The notes beneath the pieces are model-generated. The model did not search any database, was not told the DNA's origin, and was given only the letters and a program-made list of their open reading frames with translations. From assembly GCA_045635225.1 (NCBI GenBank), contig JAZRBV010000024.1, forward strand, positions 49,989-113,988: a stretch of DNA of 64,000 nucleotides, given 5' to 3'. Origin of the DNA: Eubacteriales bacterium. GTDB taxonomy: Bacteria; Bacillota; Clostridia; Oscillospirales; CAG-272. This document shows, one piece after another, positions 10,078 to 20,037 of this stretch. Position 1 is the first letter of the stretch, and each line of letters starts with the position of its first letter. The translations under genes were made by a program, and so were the position numbers.

Positions 10078-11073
10078 AGTAGAAATCCTCCAATGTTTTA
10101 TTTATATATATTGTATCATATTGGGAGAGGAAATGCAAGAAGAATTTGTAAACAAAGTCGGGCAGGAAAGCACGCCACGGTGTGGCAGCTAAAGATACTC
10201 ATTAAGAAGCGCGGTGCAGAGAAGAGTAGCGCAGGCGAGCTGCCGGCAATATGAGTGTGTAATTTATGCACTCGCTTCATCTAAGAAAGACGTGAAATAT
10301 AACGGTATTACCCCGTTTGACGTAAATGATGCGGCAGGGCAGAAGTGAGGTATAACTCCCCTATAAGAGTGACACCGAGCATAGAGAGGCGATATATAGG
10401 TATGTCTGAATATATACACAATTATACAAAATGAAAATTTTGTATAATATAGGGAAGAAAATGTTTTATTTGATAAGTACTGCTTTTCGGCACTTATTTT
10501 AAGGCAAAATCCACATTTGCATATTTGATATGAACATTCGTTCTATAGTTTTTCGAAGATTAATGTTTCCGGCTAACCGATGACTGTTATATGATAACTA
10601 TTCCTTGTATTGCGGTATTAGCATCCTGAATTTAAAATTCGCCGTTATACGTGGGCTTGAATATTTTTCTTTAAAATTGGTTTTTGCATCATAGTTAAAT
10701 TATATTTTATATTGATCGGTGGACCGATTGTACTAATACGAATATTTTATTAAATAAAAAACCGTCCGTTAGAACGATAAACGTACAGATGTACGTTTTG
10801 ATTTCCAACCCACGGTTTTTGTTTTATAAGGATTGTCCGGATGACGTGTTATTTGTCAAAATAATAGTCTATCAGATCCTGTATCCAAGAAATGCATATA
10901 AGCTTATTTTAGAACTGTTATCGAATGGCGCACGAGCGCACAACATTCCTAAAGCTATCGGTACAATAAATGCGTAACTCGCTTGCGCTTTATAAATTCG
11001 GAAGACATATAGTAAATCAGCTGACAAAAGCTTAAAAAACGCTTTTAGCTGACAAAAAACGCCGATATAGGTC

Positions 11074-11102
11074 TTGAAAAGCGGTCAAAAATAAGGTATA
11101 AT
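11074..11102 (+). promoter_or_regulatory. Sigma-A-like promoter oriented antisense into spoIIID
   Basis: TTGAAA (11074-79), 17 bp, TATAAT (11097-102). Confidence 0.6.
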
Positions 11103-11144
11103 ATTAGACGTAAAAGCAGAGTAGGGCACTTCCCTATAATTTTG

Positions 11145-11414
11145 TTACCTGCTTTTTTCTACTCGACGCTGCATATATTTTTTTCGCGTGGCTTCCCCGC
11201 CCCGTATATGTCTTTCGGACTTATTTGTGTCTAGCACTTGCTTCACTGCACTGTAAAGCGCAGGATTTAGCTTCTTCAGTCTATACACGATATCCTTATG
11301 TACGGTGCTTTTACTGATGCCGAAATGTGCCGCTGCAGCGCGTACGGTCGAACCGGTTTCAATTACAAATTCGCCGAGTATTTCGGCACGCTCTCTACCA
11401 ATCGAATCTATCAT
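11145..11414 (-). CDS. spoIIID: Sporulation transcriptional regulator SpoIIID
   Basis: STVRAAAAHFGISKSTVHKDI HTH and NKSERHIRGGEATRKKY signature. Confidence 0.95.
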   Translation of the reverse strand: MIDSIGRERAEILGEFVIETGSTVRAAAAHFGISKSTVHKDIVYRLKKLNPALYSAVKQVLDTNKSERHIRGGEATRKKYMQRRVEKSR

Positions 11415-11446
11415 AGTATCAATACCTTTCGGTTAATTTCTACTAC

Positions 11447-11475
11447 AATATATGAGAGGACAACGTATAAAATGC
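11447..11475 (-). promoter_or_regulatory. Putative sigma-E promoter of spoIIID
   Basis: GCATTTT-14 bp-CATATATT on the minus strand, like the B. subtilis sigma-E consensus; overlaps the ATG of the divergent gene. Confidence 0.55.
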
Positions 11476-12248
11476 AAAAGGAAGATATTAAATTTCAGAA
11501 TTCATCGGTCTTTGAAGGAATGACTTCGGTGCGCGCCATACTGCGCGGAGTCGATTCCGGAGTTAATGACAGACAGATAGAAAAGATCCTTTTTGATAAG
11601 AAAAAACTGAATAAAATCGCGAAAGATATAGGATATTTACGGGCAGTTTCTGAAAAATACGGATATGAAATTGTAGAATCGAACAGTGAAGAGTTGGATC
11701 GAATAACTCTCGGCACCTCTCATGGAGGCATCGTTGCGGTTGCAGGAGAGCGAACGCTTCCCCGTCTTACAAGTGGCGATTCCCTACCCACAAACGGATA
11801 TTATGCAATGATACAAGGTATCGAGGATCCGTATAATTTCGGCTATTCGCTCAGATCTCTCTACGCCATGGGATGCAGCGGTATCATTCTGGATGAACGC
11901 AATTGGATGAGTGCCGCCGGGGTCGTTGCGCGCAGCTCTGCCGGCGCCTCGGAGCAGTTCAGTATATTCGTTGGTGAGCCAATGGAGGTCGTTGGGATAT
12001 TTAAGTCACGCGGATATAAGATAGTTTGTGCAGACGAGCGCACCGACAACCTGCTCGGTAGATGTGCTCTTCCACTCCCGCTCCTCTTGATCGTAGGTGG
12101 TGAGAAGCGCGGTATATCCCGCTCACTACTAGATACCGCGGATATCCTCTTGAAAATCGATTATGCGCGAGAGTTTCGCGCCTCTCTTTCTGCCGCATCG
12201 GCTACGACTATGTTTGCATATGAGATTGCGCGCCAAAACTTTAAATAA
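11472..12248 (+). CDS. TrmH/SpoU-family (RlmB-like) RNA methyltransferase
   Basis: SHGGIVA, IEDPYNFG..RS, SSAGA, GGEKRGIS, SLSAASA SPOUT motifs; start moved to ATG 11472 to avoid overlap with spoIIID. Confidence 0.85.
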   Translation: MQKEDIKFQNSSVFEGMTSVRAILRGVDSGVNDRQIEKILFDKKKLNKIAKDIGYLRAVSEKYGYEIVESNSEELDRITLGTSHGGIVAVAGERTLPRLTSGDSLPTNGYYAMIQGIEDPYNFGYSLRSLYAMGCSGIILDERNWMSAAGVVARSSAGASEQFSIFVGEPMEVVGIFKSRGYKIVCADERTDNLLGRCALPLPLLLIVGGEKRGISRSLLDTADILLKIDYAREFRASLSAASATTMFAYEIARQNFK

Positions 12249-12251
12249 TTC

Positions 12252-12280
12252 AAAAACTGCCCGAAAAAATCGGGCAGTTT
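12252..12280. terminator. Bidirectional terminator
   Basis: AAAACTGCCCGA...TCGGGCAGTTTT between convergent genes. Confidence 0.75.
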
Positions 12281-12291
12281 TGTTTTAGTGA

Positions 12292-13122
12292 TTATTTACA
12301 GCCACAGTTTCCCTTGCCGCTACCCTGATTTGCCTGAGCTTCATTACCGCATGTAGAGCCCTTAAACTGTATCGAGGGGAAAGGCATGGTTCGGAATAGT
12401 GCGCAGGGGTTATCTCCGTTAGTTGCCGGTGCACATTCCTTGTCGGGCACTGTGTAATCAGTTGCCTGAATAAGAAGTTGAGCCGGTCTGACCATTCTGA
12501 TGACAGAGAAGATACCGAACGAGACGTAGATCTTAGCTCCATTCGTTCCGGTAACTATCTCGTCTCCGAAGAGCTGCTCTACGCTCTCGGGAATGTCAAC
12601 GTACTCTGCACAGCAAGGAGTGCAATCGCATACCTTGCTACCGAGAATGACAGGCTCTACTGTGTCAACGATAGCCGTAGGATCGTTGGTGGTCGCTGTA
12701 TCAATGCTGCAAGGAGCGCAATAGGTATCGAGTCCGTTTGAACTGAACGAAACTGCCCTGCCCTCACCGCCGTACAGGATAACGTCCTTCTCAAGTACGG
12801 CAAGACCCGAGAAGAGCTGGCTTCTTCCGGCGGCAACGCACGCCTCGAGCTCTACCTCAACGTAATATTTAATAACTACCTTGTAGAAGCCGCGGTTGAA
12901 CGGTACCTCCTCAACGCCAACGTAGGCGCAGAGTATCTCAGTGCCCTTCGTCCTGACGTTGCTCGCATTTGCGAGAAGAGATTCTCCTGCGGAGGTGAGA
13001 TATACTCTCACGTTTTCAAAGCAATCTCTGTCGCGACAGGAGTCGAGCACGCGTTTAGTATCTATACAGACCGTTCCGTTACCGCCACAGTAACCGTTTG
13101 TGGCATTTTTGTAATCTTGCAT
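12292..13122 (-). CDS. Cys-rich hypothetical protein, possible spore coat morphogenetic protein
   Basis: 276 aa; VCIDTKRVLDSCRDRDC motif; many Cys; upstream CATAGGAT mother-cell-type -10. Confidence 0.6.
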   Translation of the reverse strand: MQDYKNATNGYCGGNGTVCIDTKRVLDSCRDRDCFENVRVYLTSAGESLLANASNVRTKGTEILCAYVGVEEVPFNRGFYKVVIKYYVEVELEACVAAGRSQLFSGLAVLEKDVILYGGEGRAVSFSSNGLDTYCAPCSIDTATTNDPTAIVDTVEPVILGSKVCDCTPCCAEYVDIPESVEQLFGDEIVTGTNGAKIYVSFGIFSVIRMVRPAQLLIQATDYTVPDKECAPATNGDNPCALFRTMPFPSIQFKGSTCGNEAQANQGSGKGNCGCK

Positions 13123-13204
13123 CGTAATGACCGTTCCTTATAAAGATTGGGGTAAGAAATTCTTACCTGCTATTATCCTATGTGGGACGGCTCATTTTTG
13201 ACAA

Positions 13205-14836
13205 TCAGTTCATCCAGGTATAATGTGAGCGAACACCGTCGTATACCTTATACCAATCGTAATCGTAACGCTTATTATCTCTGTCAATGAAGTGAGAGGG
13301 GTTGTTGTGCATAAGCCAATCTGTAGGTACGGCATCACTTCCACCCTCGGAGGCTATCTTATAAATGCCGCGTATACGCGCGAGATCAGCACCCTTAAGA
13401 ATACCGGGTGTAACGGATGCAAGTGTTACCATACCGGTAATAGCGCATTCCTCGAGATAGTCGAGATTTGCGCCGATGGGTACTCTGGAGGTAAAAGCAG
13501 CGCAGTCGGGATCGGAAGCGTAGAAGATATTATTTTGAGGGAGTCTGAGCATCGATGCGGGACCGGATATTCTCGTGATCTCAAAGCTTCTGCCGGAGGT
13601 GTCGTGACTTACTCTCATAGCCTGATGTATGCCGGCTGCAAGATGGTTTATAGCGCTGCAGCCAAGGATGACCGATTCGCCGGCCGCTGCCTGAATGGCA
13701 TTATACATATTCTTGAGAATGGTTGCATTCGTGAGCGTTTTATTGTAAAAATGGCGGTTATCATCAGGCAGTTTTCCAAACAAGTCGATCGTATCAAACG
13801 TAGTAAAGTCATACTTAATAAGATCGTATCCCCAACCGCTGATCATTTTTACGTTGTTTGTTATGTCAGTAAGTACCTCGGGGTGCGACGGATCCAGAAG
13901 TATACCGTGTTTGCTCTTAAGAAGCTGAGACTCCCACTCGGCGGGCACCTGCTTCGCTGTGAGGAGAGGTCGGAACCATATACCGCTTTTCGCACCGTAG
14001 GAGTGGATCATATCGGCGGTCTCCTGCATTGAGGAGAATCTGTCCGGGTTGGATAGCTCCCATGGACCGCCATTATAGCTGTCGCGATCCGCCTTTAAAT
14101 ATCTCGATGCCTGCCAGCCGTCGTCGATTATCATATAAGGGCTGCCCTTTGCATCGGCACACATATCCATAAGATTCACCGTCTCCTCACGTACGCCCTC
14201 ATGGCTGGTATTACCGTATGCCCAATACCAGTTATTAACGCCATATATAGGAGATTTCGGAAGATTTGGCTTCTCACACATTATCTTACAGAAGGTGCGA
14301 GCGGCAAGAAATGGATCCTCGCCCATCACACCGCGTCGGCTGACAACTCTTGCACACACGAGTGGCGCTGTGAGCCGTACTCCGCCACCGCCGTTGCGTA
14401 CGTCGAGCCAGAGGGTGATACCGCTTTCATCGACCTGAAAGTGACAGAAGGCATCAGCTCCCGTCTTTACACCGTAGCAATGGAGGGACTCGCCGTCGTA
14501 GGTATGGAAATACCAGGGTAAACAGATCTCGGGACATATCGAGCGCCACGCAGGAGCATGGTTTGCACCAAAGGCGATGTCATATAGGCGTTCAAAGGTG
14601 TCGCCCAGCACTGATATCACCTCGGAGAGATCGGCACGCCAGCGTAGCTTTATTCTTCTTACCGGACGCTCTGAGGGGTAAAGCGTTATTATTCCTTCAC
14701 CATTAGATATCGTATAATCAATGCGAGCATTCTGCTCTTCCCTGCTATCAGGCTCTTCAAAGCGGATGGTACTGTCTTCAAATTGAAAGAGAATGCTATC
14801 CGGCTCGCGCAATATATCAACAAACGTATTCTTCAT
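13205..14836 (-). CDS. Clan-D glycoside hydrolase (GH36-like alpha-galactosidase)
   Basis: NNWY, IIDDGWQ, IKYDF (nucleophile), RVSHD (acid/base). Confidence 0.75.
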   Translation of the reverse strand: MKNTFVDILREPDSILFQFEDSTIRFEEPDSREEQNARIDYTISNGEGIITLYPSERPVRRIKLRWRADLSEVISVLGDTFERLYDIAFGANHAPAWRSICPEICLPWYFHTYDGESLHCYGVKTGADAFCHFQVDESGITLWLDVRNGGGGVRLTAPLVCARVVSRRGVMGEDPFLAARTFCKIMCEKPNLPKSPIYGVNNWYWAYGNTSHEGVREETVNLMDMCADAKGSPYMIIDDGWQASRYLKADRDSYNGGPWELSNPDRFSSMQETADMIHSYGAKSGIWFRPLLTAKQVPAEWESQLLKSKHGILLDPSHPEVLTDITNNVKMISGWGYDLIKYDFTTFDTIDLFGKLPDDNRHFYNKTLTNATILKNMYNAIQAAAGESVILGCSAINHLAAGIHQAMRVSHDTSGRSFEITRISGPASMLRLPQNNIFYASDPDCAAFTSRVPIGANLDYLEECAITGMVTLASVTPGILKGADLARIRGIYKIASEGGSDAVPTDWLMHNNPSHFIDRDNKRYDYDWYKVYDGVRSHYTWMN

Positions 14837-14993
14837 AATTCTGTTATGCGTTCCTTTCGTTTTTTGCGGAAAATATTATAGCATTTTTATAACCGCCGGT
14901 CAATGGTTGACATTGTTATTTTATTGTACTAAATTATCTGAATGTACAGCAAAGGCGGCCTATAACAAGCCGCCTTAGTGTTTTATACGTGGT

Positions 14994-15395
14994 TTACGCG
15001 TAAGCCTTGATCTCTGCAGGGCACTCCTCGACTGCGATGGAAGCAGTCATAACGAGATTAACGTCTGCGGTGATCTTCTCGAGCTTATTGAGCATAGCAG
15101 CAAAAGCATCGTTGTCGTTACCAACGATCTTGAGAGCGGAGTCAACAAAGATATCGGTGATGTCGGAGTTGGATGCGAGGATACCTGCGATGAAGCCGTA
15201 GAGAGCATCAGCATCGGTAACTGCGTATGCATCGGTGTCGATAAGTCTTGCCTTATATGTAATGTCGAGCTTAAGCTTATCACCCTTCTCGATGCAAACA
15301 ACGTTGCCATTCGAAGAAGAGGTTGCATTGTTTACCATCTCGATGAGAGTCTTGGTCTTGCCAGAGCCTTTGCCGCCAATAAATAACTTGATCAT
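14994..15395 (-). CDS. Small conserved P-loop NTP-binding protein
   Basis: GGKGSGKT Walker A and IFVD Walker-B-like strand; AGGAGG RBS. Confidence 0.75.
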   Translation of the reverse strand: MIKLFIGGKGSGKTKTLIEMVNNATSSSNGNVVCIEKGDKLKLDITYKARLIDTDAYAVTDADALYGFIAGILASNSDITDIFVDSALKIVGNDNDAFAAMLNKLEKITADVNLVMTASIAVEECPAEIKAYA

Positions 15396-15533
15396 GTTGA
15401 AAATCCTCCTAAATTTGAGAAATAAAATCTCTTACTTATATCTTACACTAAAATAACCGAAAATGCAATAGTTTTATTCTAAAAAATATCGCAAATTCTA
15501 ATATTTGTTAAAAATAAATAATAAATGCGACTT

Positions 15534-16877
15534 TTATTTGTTGGATATTCTGGCTTCGAGCGTAGCCTTCATATCCTCGTATCCGGGTTTACCGAGGAGC
15601 GCGAACATATTTTTCTTATACGCCTCGACTCCGGGCTGATCAAACGGGTTGACACCGAGGAGATATCCGGACATAGCGCAGGCAAACTCGAAGAAGTAGA
15701 CCATATAACCAAGAGACTCGGCACCTCTGTCCTCGAGCTCGAGCACAAGGTTGGGCACGCCGCCATCGTTGTGGGCGAGGAGTGTTGCCGTCATCGCGGT
15801 CTTGTTGACGTAATCAAGCTCACATCCGGAGATGAAATTGAGCCCGTCGACGTTTGCAGGATCGTTTGGAATAGTGAATCTCGCACCGGGATCCTTGACG
15901 CTGATGACCGTTTCAAATAGGTTGCGCTGACCCTGCTGAATATACTGACCGAGAGAGTGAAGGTCGGTAGAGAATATAACGGAGGTCGGGAACAGTCCCT
16001 TACCATCCTTACCCGAGCTCTCGCCATACAACTGCTTCCACCACTCGGCAAAGGTGAGCATATAGGGCTCGTAGCCTACGAGGATCTCGGTGGTTTTACC
16101 CTTTCTGTAGAGCACGTTTCTGATGACGGCATATTTGAGTGCATCGTTAGCATTGATGTCAGAGGTAGAGAATGCCTCGCGCGCCTTCTGCGCACCCGCC
16201 ATAAGAGCGTCAATATCGATACCTGCACACGCAATGGGGAGAAGACCGACTGCAGTGAGGACGGAATATCTGCCACCAACGTCGTCGGGAACAACAAAGG
16301 TCTCATATCCCGCCTTATCCGAGAAGCTCTTAAGAGTGCCACGTGCCTTGTCGGTGGTAACGAAGATACGCTCTCTGGCACCGTCCTTACCGTATTTTTC
16401 TTCAAGAAGAGACTTGAAGACTCTGAAGGCGATCGCAGGTTCGGTAGTGGTTCCGGATTTTGAGATAACATTCACCGCAACGTCGCGGCCCTCGCATATA
16501 GCGAGAAGCTCTGTAAGAGCGGTGGGAGAGATATTGTTGCCGGCAAAATAGATGTCGGGGGTATTCTTTTTGAGGTTATTATAAAGAGGACTCTTGACAA
16601 ACTCTATCGCAGCACGTGCTCCGAGATAGGAGCCGCCGATGCCGATAACAACGAGCACGTCGGCAGTATTCTTTATCTTTTCTGCCGCCAGCTTGATACG
16701 TGCGAACTCCTCTTTATCGTAATTTACCGGAAGATCGCGCCAACCGTGGAAATCGCTTCCCTGACCTACGCCGTTCATAAGCAGGTCGTATGCAACGGTG
16801 GCAAAAGGCTTCATATATTCGAGCTCATGCTCTGAAACGAAGCTGTCAAGAAACTTGGTGTTAAGGTTAATGCTCAT
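15534..16877 (-). CDS. pgi: Glucose-6-phosphate isomerase
   Basis: [39 protein letters not shown]; start at MSINL. Confidence 0.95.
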   Translation of the reverse strand: MSINLNTKFLDSFVSEHELEYMKPFATVAYDLLMNGVGQGSDFHGWRDLPVNYDKEEFARIKLAAEKIKNTADVLVVIGIGGSYLGARAAIEFVKSPLYNNLKKNTPDIYFAGNNISPTALTELLAICEGRDVAVNVISKSGTTTEPAIAFRVFKSLLEEKYGKDGARERIFVTTDKARGTLKSFSDKAGYETFVVPDDVGGRYSVLTAVGLLPIACAGIDIDALMAGAQKAREAFSTSDINANDALKYAVIRNVLYRKGKTTEILVGYEPYMLTFAEWWKQLYGESSGKDGKGLFPTSVIFSTDLHSLGQYIQQGQRNLFETVISVKDPGARFTIPNDPANVDGLNFISGCELDYVNKTAMTATLLAHNDGGVPNLVLELEDRGAESLGYMVYFFEFACAMSGYLLGVNPFDQPGVEAYKKNMFALLGKPGYEDMKATLEARISNK

Positions 16878-16957
16878 TTTTTGAACCGCCTGTTTTTTTA
16901 TTTTCAACAATTATTATACTATATAATATCGAGTTTTTCAAGGGGAAAAATGTATTT

Positions 16958-18142
16958 TTATGTCCCGCTTGAAATTCTTTTGAGGATTCTCAGATAAAGC
17001 TCTAAAAAGCTTATATGCGAAATGTCACCTCTTGCAACTATCGGAGCTTCTCCTATCTTTTTTCCTCCCAGATAATACTCGATCTTACCGACTGTATCAC
17101 CGTCCGATATCGGTGCCGCGACACTCTCGGGGATAGTGTATTTCAGTTCTACTTTGCCCTTGTCACCGCGTGCCACCACGGTGCTGAATCCACCCGATGC
17201 GAGAGGGACACTGTCCCTCACTCCTCCGTGAACCTCTGCATTCTCAATGAACCGTTCGCTGTCGGAGTATACGGCATAATTTGCAAACCCATAATCAAGA
17301 AGCGAACGTGCGGCATTATTTCTCGCGTCACGCGTTTCTGCACCCATAACAACGGCTATAAGCTGCATACCGTCGCGGCGCGCCGTAGCCGTAAGACAGA
17401 AGCCCGCCTTATCCGTCGAGCCAGTTTTGAGGCCGTTACAGCCCTCGTAATATCGGACAAGGCGATTGGTATTCGTCAGTGTGAATTCGCCGCCGCGAAT
17501 GCTGTCTTGCCATAGCGAGCTGTATTTGAGAATTATATCGTGCTTGATCAGCTCTCGTGACATCAACGCAATATCGTAAGGGGAGGAATAGTGACTTACG
17601 GTATCGTCGTCGAGCCCTGTCGTGTTTTCAAACGACGTGTTCCTGAGTCCGAGCTCTTCGGCACGCGCATTCATGCGGCGTACGAATTCGGTCTCGGTAC
17701 CCGCGACCAGCTCTGCCATAGCGACCGTTGCATCGTTGGCGCTGGCGATGACCATGCATTTGATCAGCTCCTCTACGCTCATGATCTCCCCCTCCTCGAG
17801 GAAGACCTGGCTACCGCCCATAGATGACGCATAAGCACTGACGCGGACCTGATCGGTGAGGGTAATGCACCCACTCTCGAGAGCCTCTGCGATGATTAAA
17901 AGTGACATTACCTTTGTCACAGATGCGGGAGATGCGGAATAATGCTCCTCGTTGGCGTAGAGGACGGTGCCGCTCGATGCCTCGATAAGGCAAGCGCCCT
18001 TTACTCCAAGATCGAGATCCGGTTGACTTATCGGTGAAAAAGATATTACTTCTGCCTTATTTTTTATACCTGCTTTTGGAAATATGGTCGCAGACAGAAC
18101 GAGGATGATCGTTGCTACGACCGCGGATACAAACCGTTTCAT
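16958..18142 (-). CDS. dacF: D-alanyl-D-alanine carboxypeptidase (DacF-like)
   Basis: PASVTK (SxxK), SAND (SxN), LKTGST, MGGSQVFLE; signal peptide. Confidence 0.8.
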   Translation of the reverse strand: MKRFVSAVVATIILVLSATIFPKAGIKNKAEVISFSPISQPDLDLGVKGACLIEASSGTVLYANEEHYSASPASVTKVMSLLIIAEALESGCITLTDQVRVSAYASSMGGSQVFLEEGEIMSVEELIKCMVIASANDATVAMAELVAGTETEFVRRMNARAEELGLRNTSFENTTGLDDDTVSHYSSPYDIALMSRELIKHDIILKYSSLWQDSIRGGEFTLTNTNRLVRYYEGCNGLKTGSTDKAGFCLTATARRDGMQLIAVVMGAETRDARNNAARSLLDYGFANYAVYSDSERFIENAEVHGGVRDSVPLASGGFSTVVARGDKGKVELKYTIPESVAAPISDGDTVGKIEYYLGGKKIGEAPIVARGDISHISFLELYLRILKRISSGT

Positions 18143-18191
18143 AAAAAACCTCCGTGCGTTTTTAATCAATTATATTAACGCACGGAGAATA

Positions 18192-18767
18192 TTATGATTT
18201 AGTTTCTTTGCGGTAATCGTCTGCGGTCATCGCGGCTATACCGATATCACGGTATCTCCCCTTTACACACATAGCCTGTCGCATAACCCCCTCTTTTTTA
18301 AATCCGCAGTGCAATGCTACAGCCAGACTGGCAGAGTTTTCATTTATATACTTGATCTCCAGGCGGTTGAGTGCAAGGTGTTCAAAGGCATATTCCACTA
18401 TTCGCGAGAGCGCCTCGGTGGCTATACCGCGTCCCCAATAGTCGGCACTCAGAACGTAACCGACCTCTGCGGTGCCGTGCTCAAGCGAGAAACAGTTGAA
18501 GCCGACGGTGCCGATCAGTTTCCCCTTGTACTCTATGCCCCATGTATAGAATTCGCCGGTTTTATATTTCTTATCTACACTCTTAAGATAGCGACGTGTC
18601 GTGGCAACGCTCGTATGAGGGTACCAGAGCAGATATTCGGAAACCCGAGGGTCTCGCGAATACTCGTTTACGTCAGTAAGGTCGCTCTTCTTTATCCTTC
18701 TGAGAATGAGCCGTTCGGTGCAGATCATCGGAATATTTATAAATTCGAGTAGGTGATCGTATCTCAT
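18192..18767 (-). CDS. GNAT acetyltransferase (RimJ/RimL type)
   Basis: TERLILR, EVGY, YWGRGIATEA, NxAS..GFKKEG. Confidence 0.85.
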   Translation of the reverse strand: MRYDHLLEFINIPMICTERLILRRIKKSDLTDVNEYSRDPRVSEYLLWYPHTSVATTRRYLKSVDKKYKTGEFYTWGIEYKGKLIGTVGFNCFSLEHGTAEVGYVLSADYWGRGIATEALSRIVEYAFEHLALNRLEIKYINENSASLAVALHCGFKKEGVMRQAMCVKGRYRDIGIAAMTADDYRKETKS

Positions 18768-18928
18768 AATGCCTCCGAAGCAGGTTTATATAACAAGTAT
18801 ACCAAAAACGTGACGAAAATTCAATCACTGCGCGAGATTTTTTAATTTTTACTGAACTTTTCGCACGGTACTTGTATTCTCGTAAAAAATATGTTAATAT
18901 ATAATGTAGAAATTTGGAGGTCAGACAA

Positions 18929-19981
18929 TTGAAGACTAATGATAATAAAAAAAGACTGAGAATACTGGATATCCAGCGCGACGGAAAGGGTATCAGTAAA
19001 AAAGAGTCTCTCAGTCCATCGGGATTAAAAAGGTTTTTCCTCACGTATAAAGACAACTTCGGCAAACTAATATCAGTCAACATGTTTTTTGTGCTGGGTA
19101 ACTTCCCGCTCTTCTTTCTTATAATAACTCTGTCGGGATATACGAAGCTGGATGCATATCTTCCCCTATCCGATCTGTATCAGAATCTCGCTGCACTGTT
19201 CGATATTGCTCCGCGTGATCCGCTCACGATGTCACTGTATGCACTCGACGGTCTGCAGAATCAGATACTCGTCAATACCACGCTCACGTACGTATTCTAC
19301 GGAATCTCCGCTCTGTCGCTTCTGACGTTCGGCTGTGTAAACGTCGGTACGGCGTATATACTCCGCAATATCGCTAAGGGTGAGCCGGTATTCGTATGGA
19401 CCGACTTCTGGTATGCGGTCAAGCGTAACTGGAAGCAGGCACTTCCCTTTGGTATCATTGACGGTATCATTAACGTGCTGCTGATATTCAATCTTTACAC
19501 TACTACCGCGAATACATCCGATTTTCTCGGTTCTATGATGTTCTGGGGAAATATCATATTGATGATCCTCTATTTCTTCATGAGATCTTATATTTACGTA
19601 CAGATGCTGACCTTCAGCCTCTCCGTATTCAAGGTACTGAAGAATTCGCTTAGCTTCGCCCTTCTTGGCTTCAAGAGAAACGTTATGTCGCTCCTCGGTG
19701 CTGCGGCTGTTATTCTCCTTGAGGTGCTATTCCTATTCGGTAGTGGAGGAATACTCCTGCCTCTCGCTATCGCGCTTCCGCTCGCGATAATGTTCTCTAC
19801 GCTTGCGTATATGAAGGTGTATGCAGCATATTTCAAAATTAAGGATATAATGATCGATCCCTACCTCGCGGAGCATCCCGAGCTTACCGAGTGTGAGTTT
19901 GACGATGACGTTATCATGCACGACGACGTTACCGAAAGGGAGAGACTCGAGGAGATAAAAAGAAGAAACGGAATCGTTTAA
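18929..19981 (+). CDS. YesL/DUF624-like membrane protein
   Basis: Several TM segments; YILRNIAKGEPVFVWTDFW..KRNWKQ motif; TTG start after GGAGG. Confidence 0.7.
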   Translation: MKTNDNKKRLRILDIQRDGKGISKKESLSPSGLKRFFLTYKDNFGKLISVNMFFVLGNFPLFFLIITLSGYTKLDAYLPLSDLYQNLAALFDIAPRDPLTMSLYALDGLQNQILVNTTLTYVFYGISALSLLTFGCVNVGTAYILRNIAKGEPVFVWTDFWYAVKRNWKQALPFGIIDGIINVLLIFNLYTTTANTSDFLGSMMFWGNIILMILYFFMRSYIYVQMLTFSLSVFKVLKNSLSFALLGFKRNVMSLLGAAAVILLEVLFLFGSGGILLPLAIALPLAIMFSTLAYMKVYAAYFKIKDIMIDPYLAEHPELTECEFDDDVIMHDDVTERERLEEIKRRNGIV

Positions 19982-20037
19982 ATTTTTAATCAATAAGTAT
20001 AGGCAGAGGCTTCTCGCGAGTCCTCTGCCCTTTTTAT

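Noticed and set aside
10411-10515. DnaA-box-like 9-mers suggesting oriC
   Set aside because: All imperfect, expected in AT-rich DNA; no dnaA/dnaN nearby
11128-11150. ACTTCCCTATAAT resembling a dif left arm
   Set aside because: No matching right arm; explained as part of the hairpin at the spoIIID 3' end
11298-11471. N-terminal extension of the methyltransferase ORF
   Set aside because: Overlaps spoIIID on the opposite strand; ATG 11472 gives a normal-sized protein
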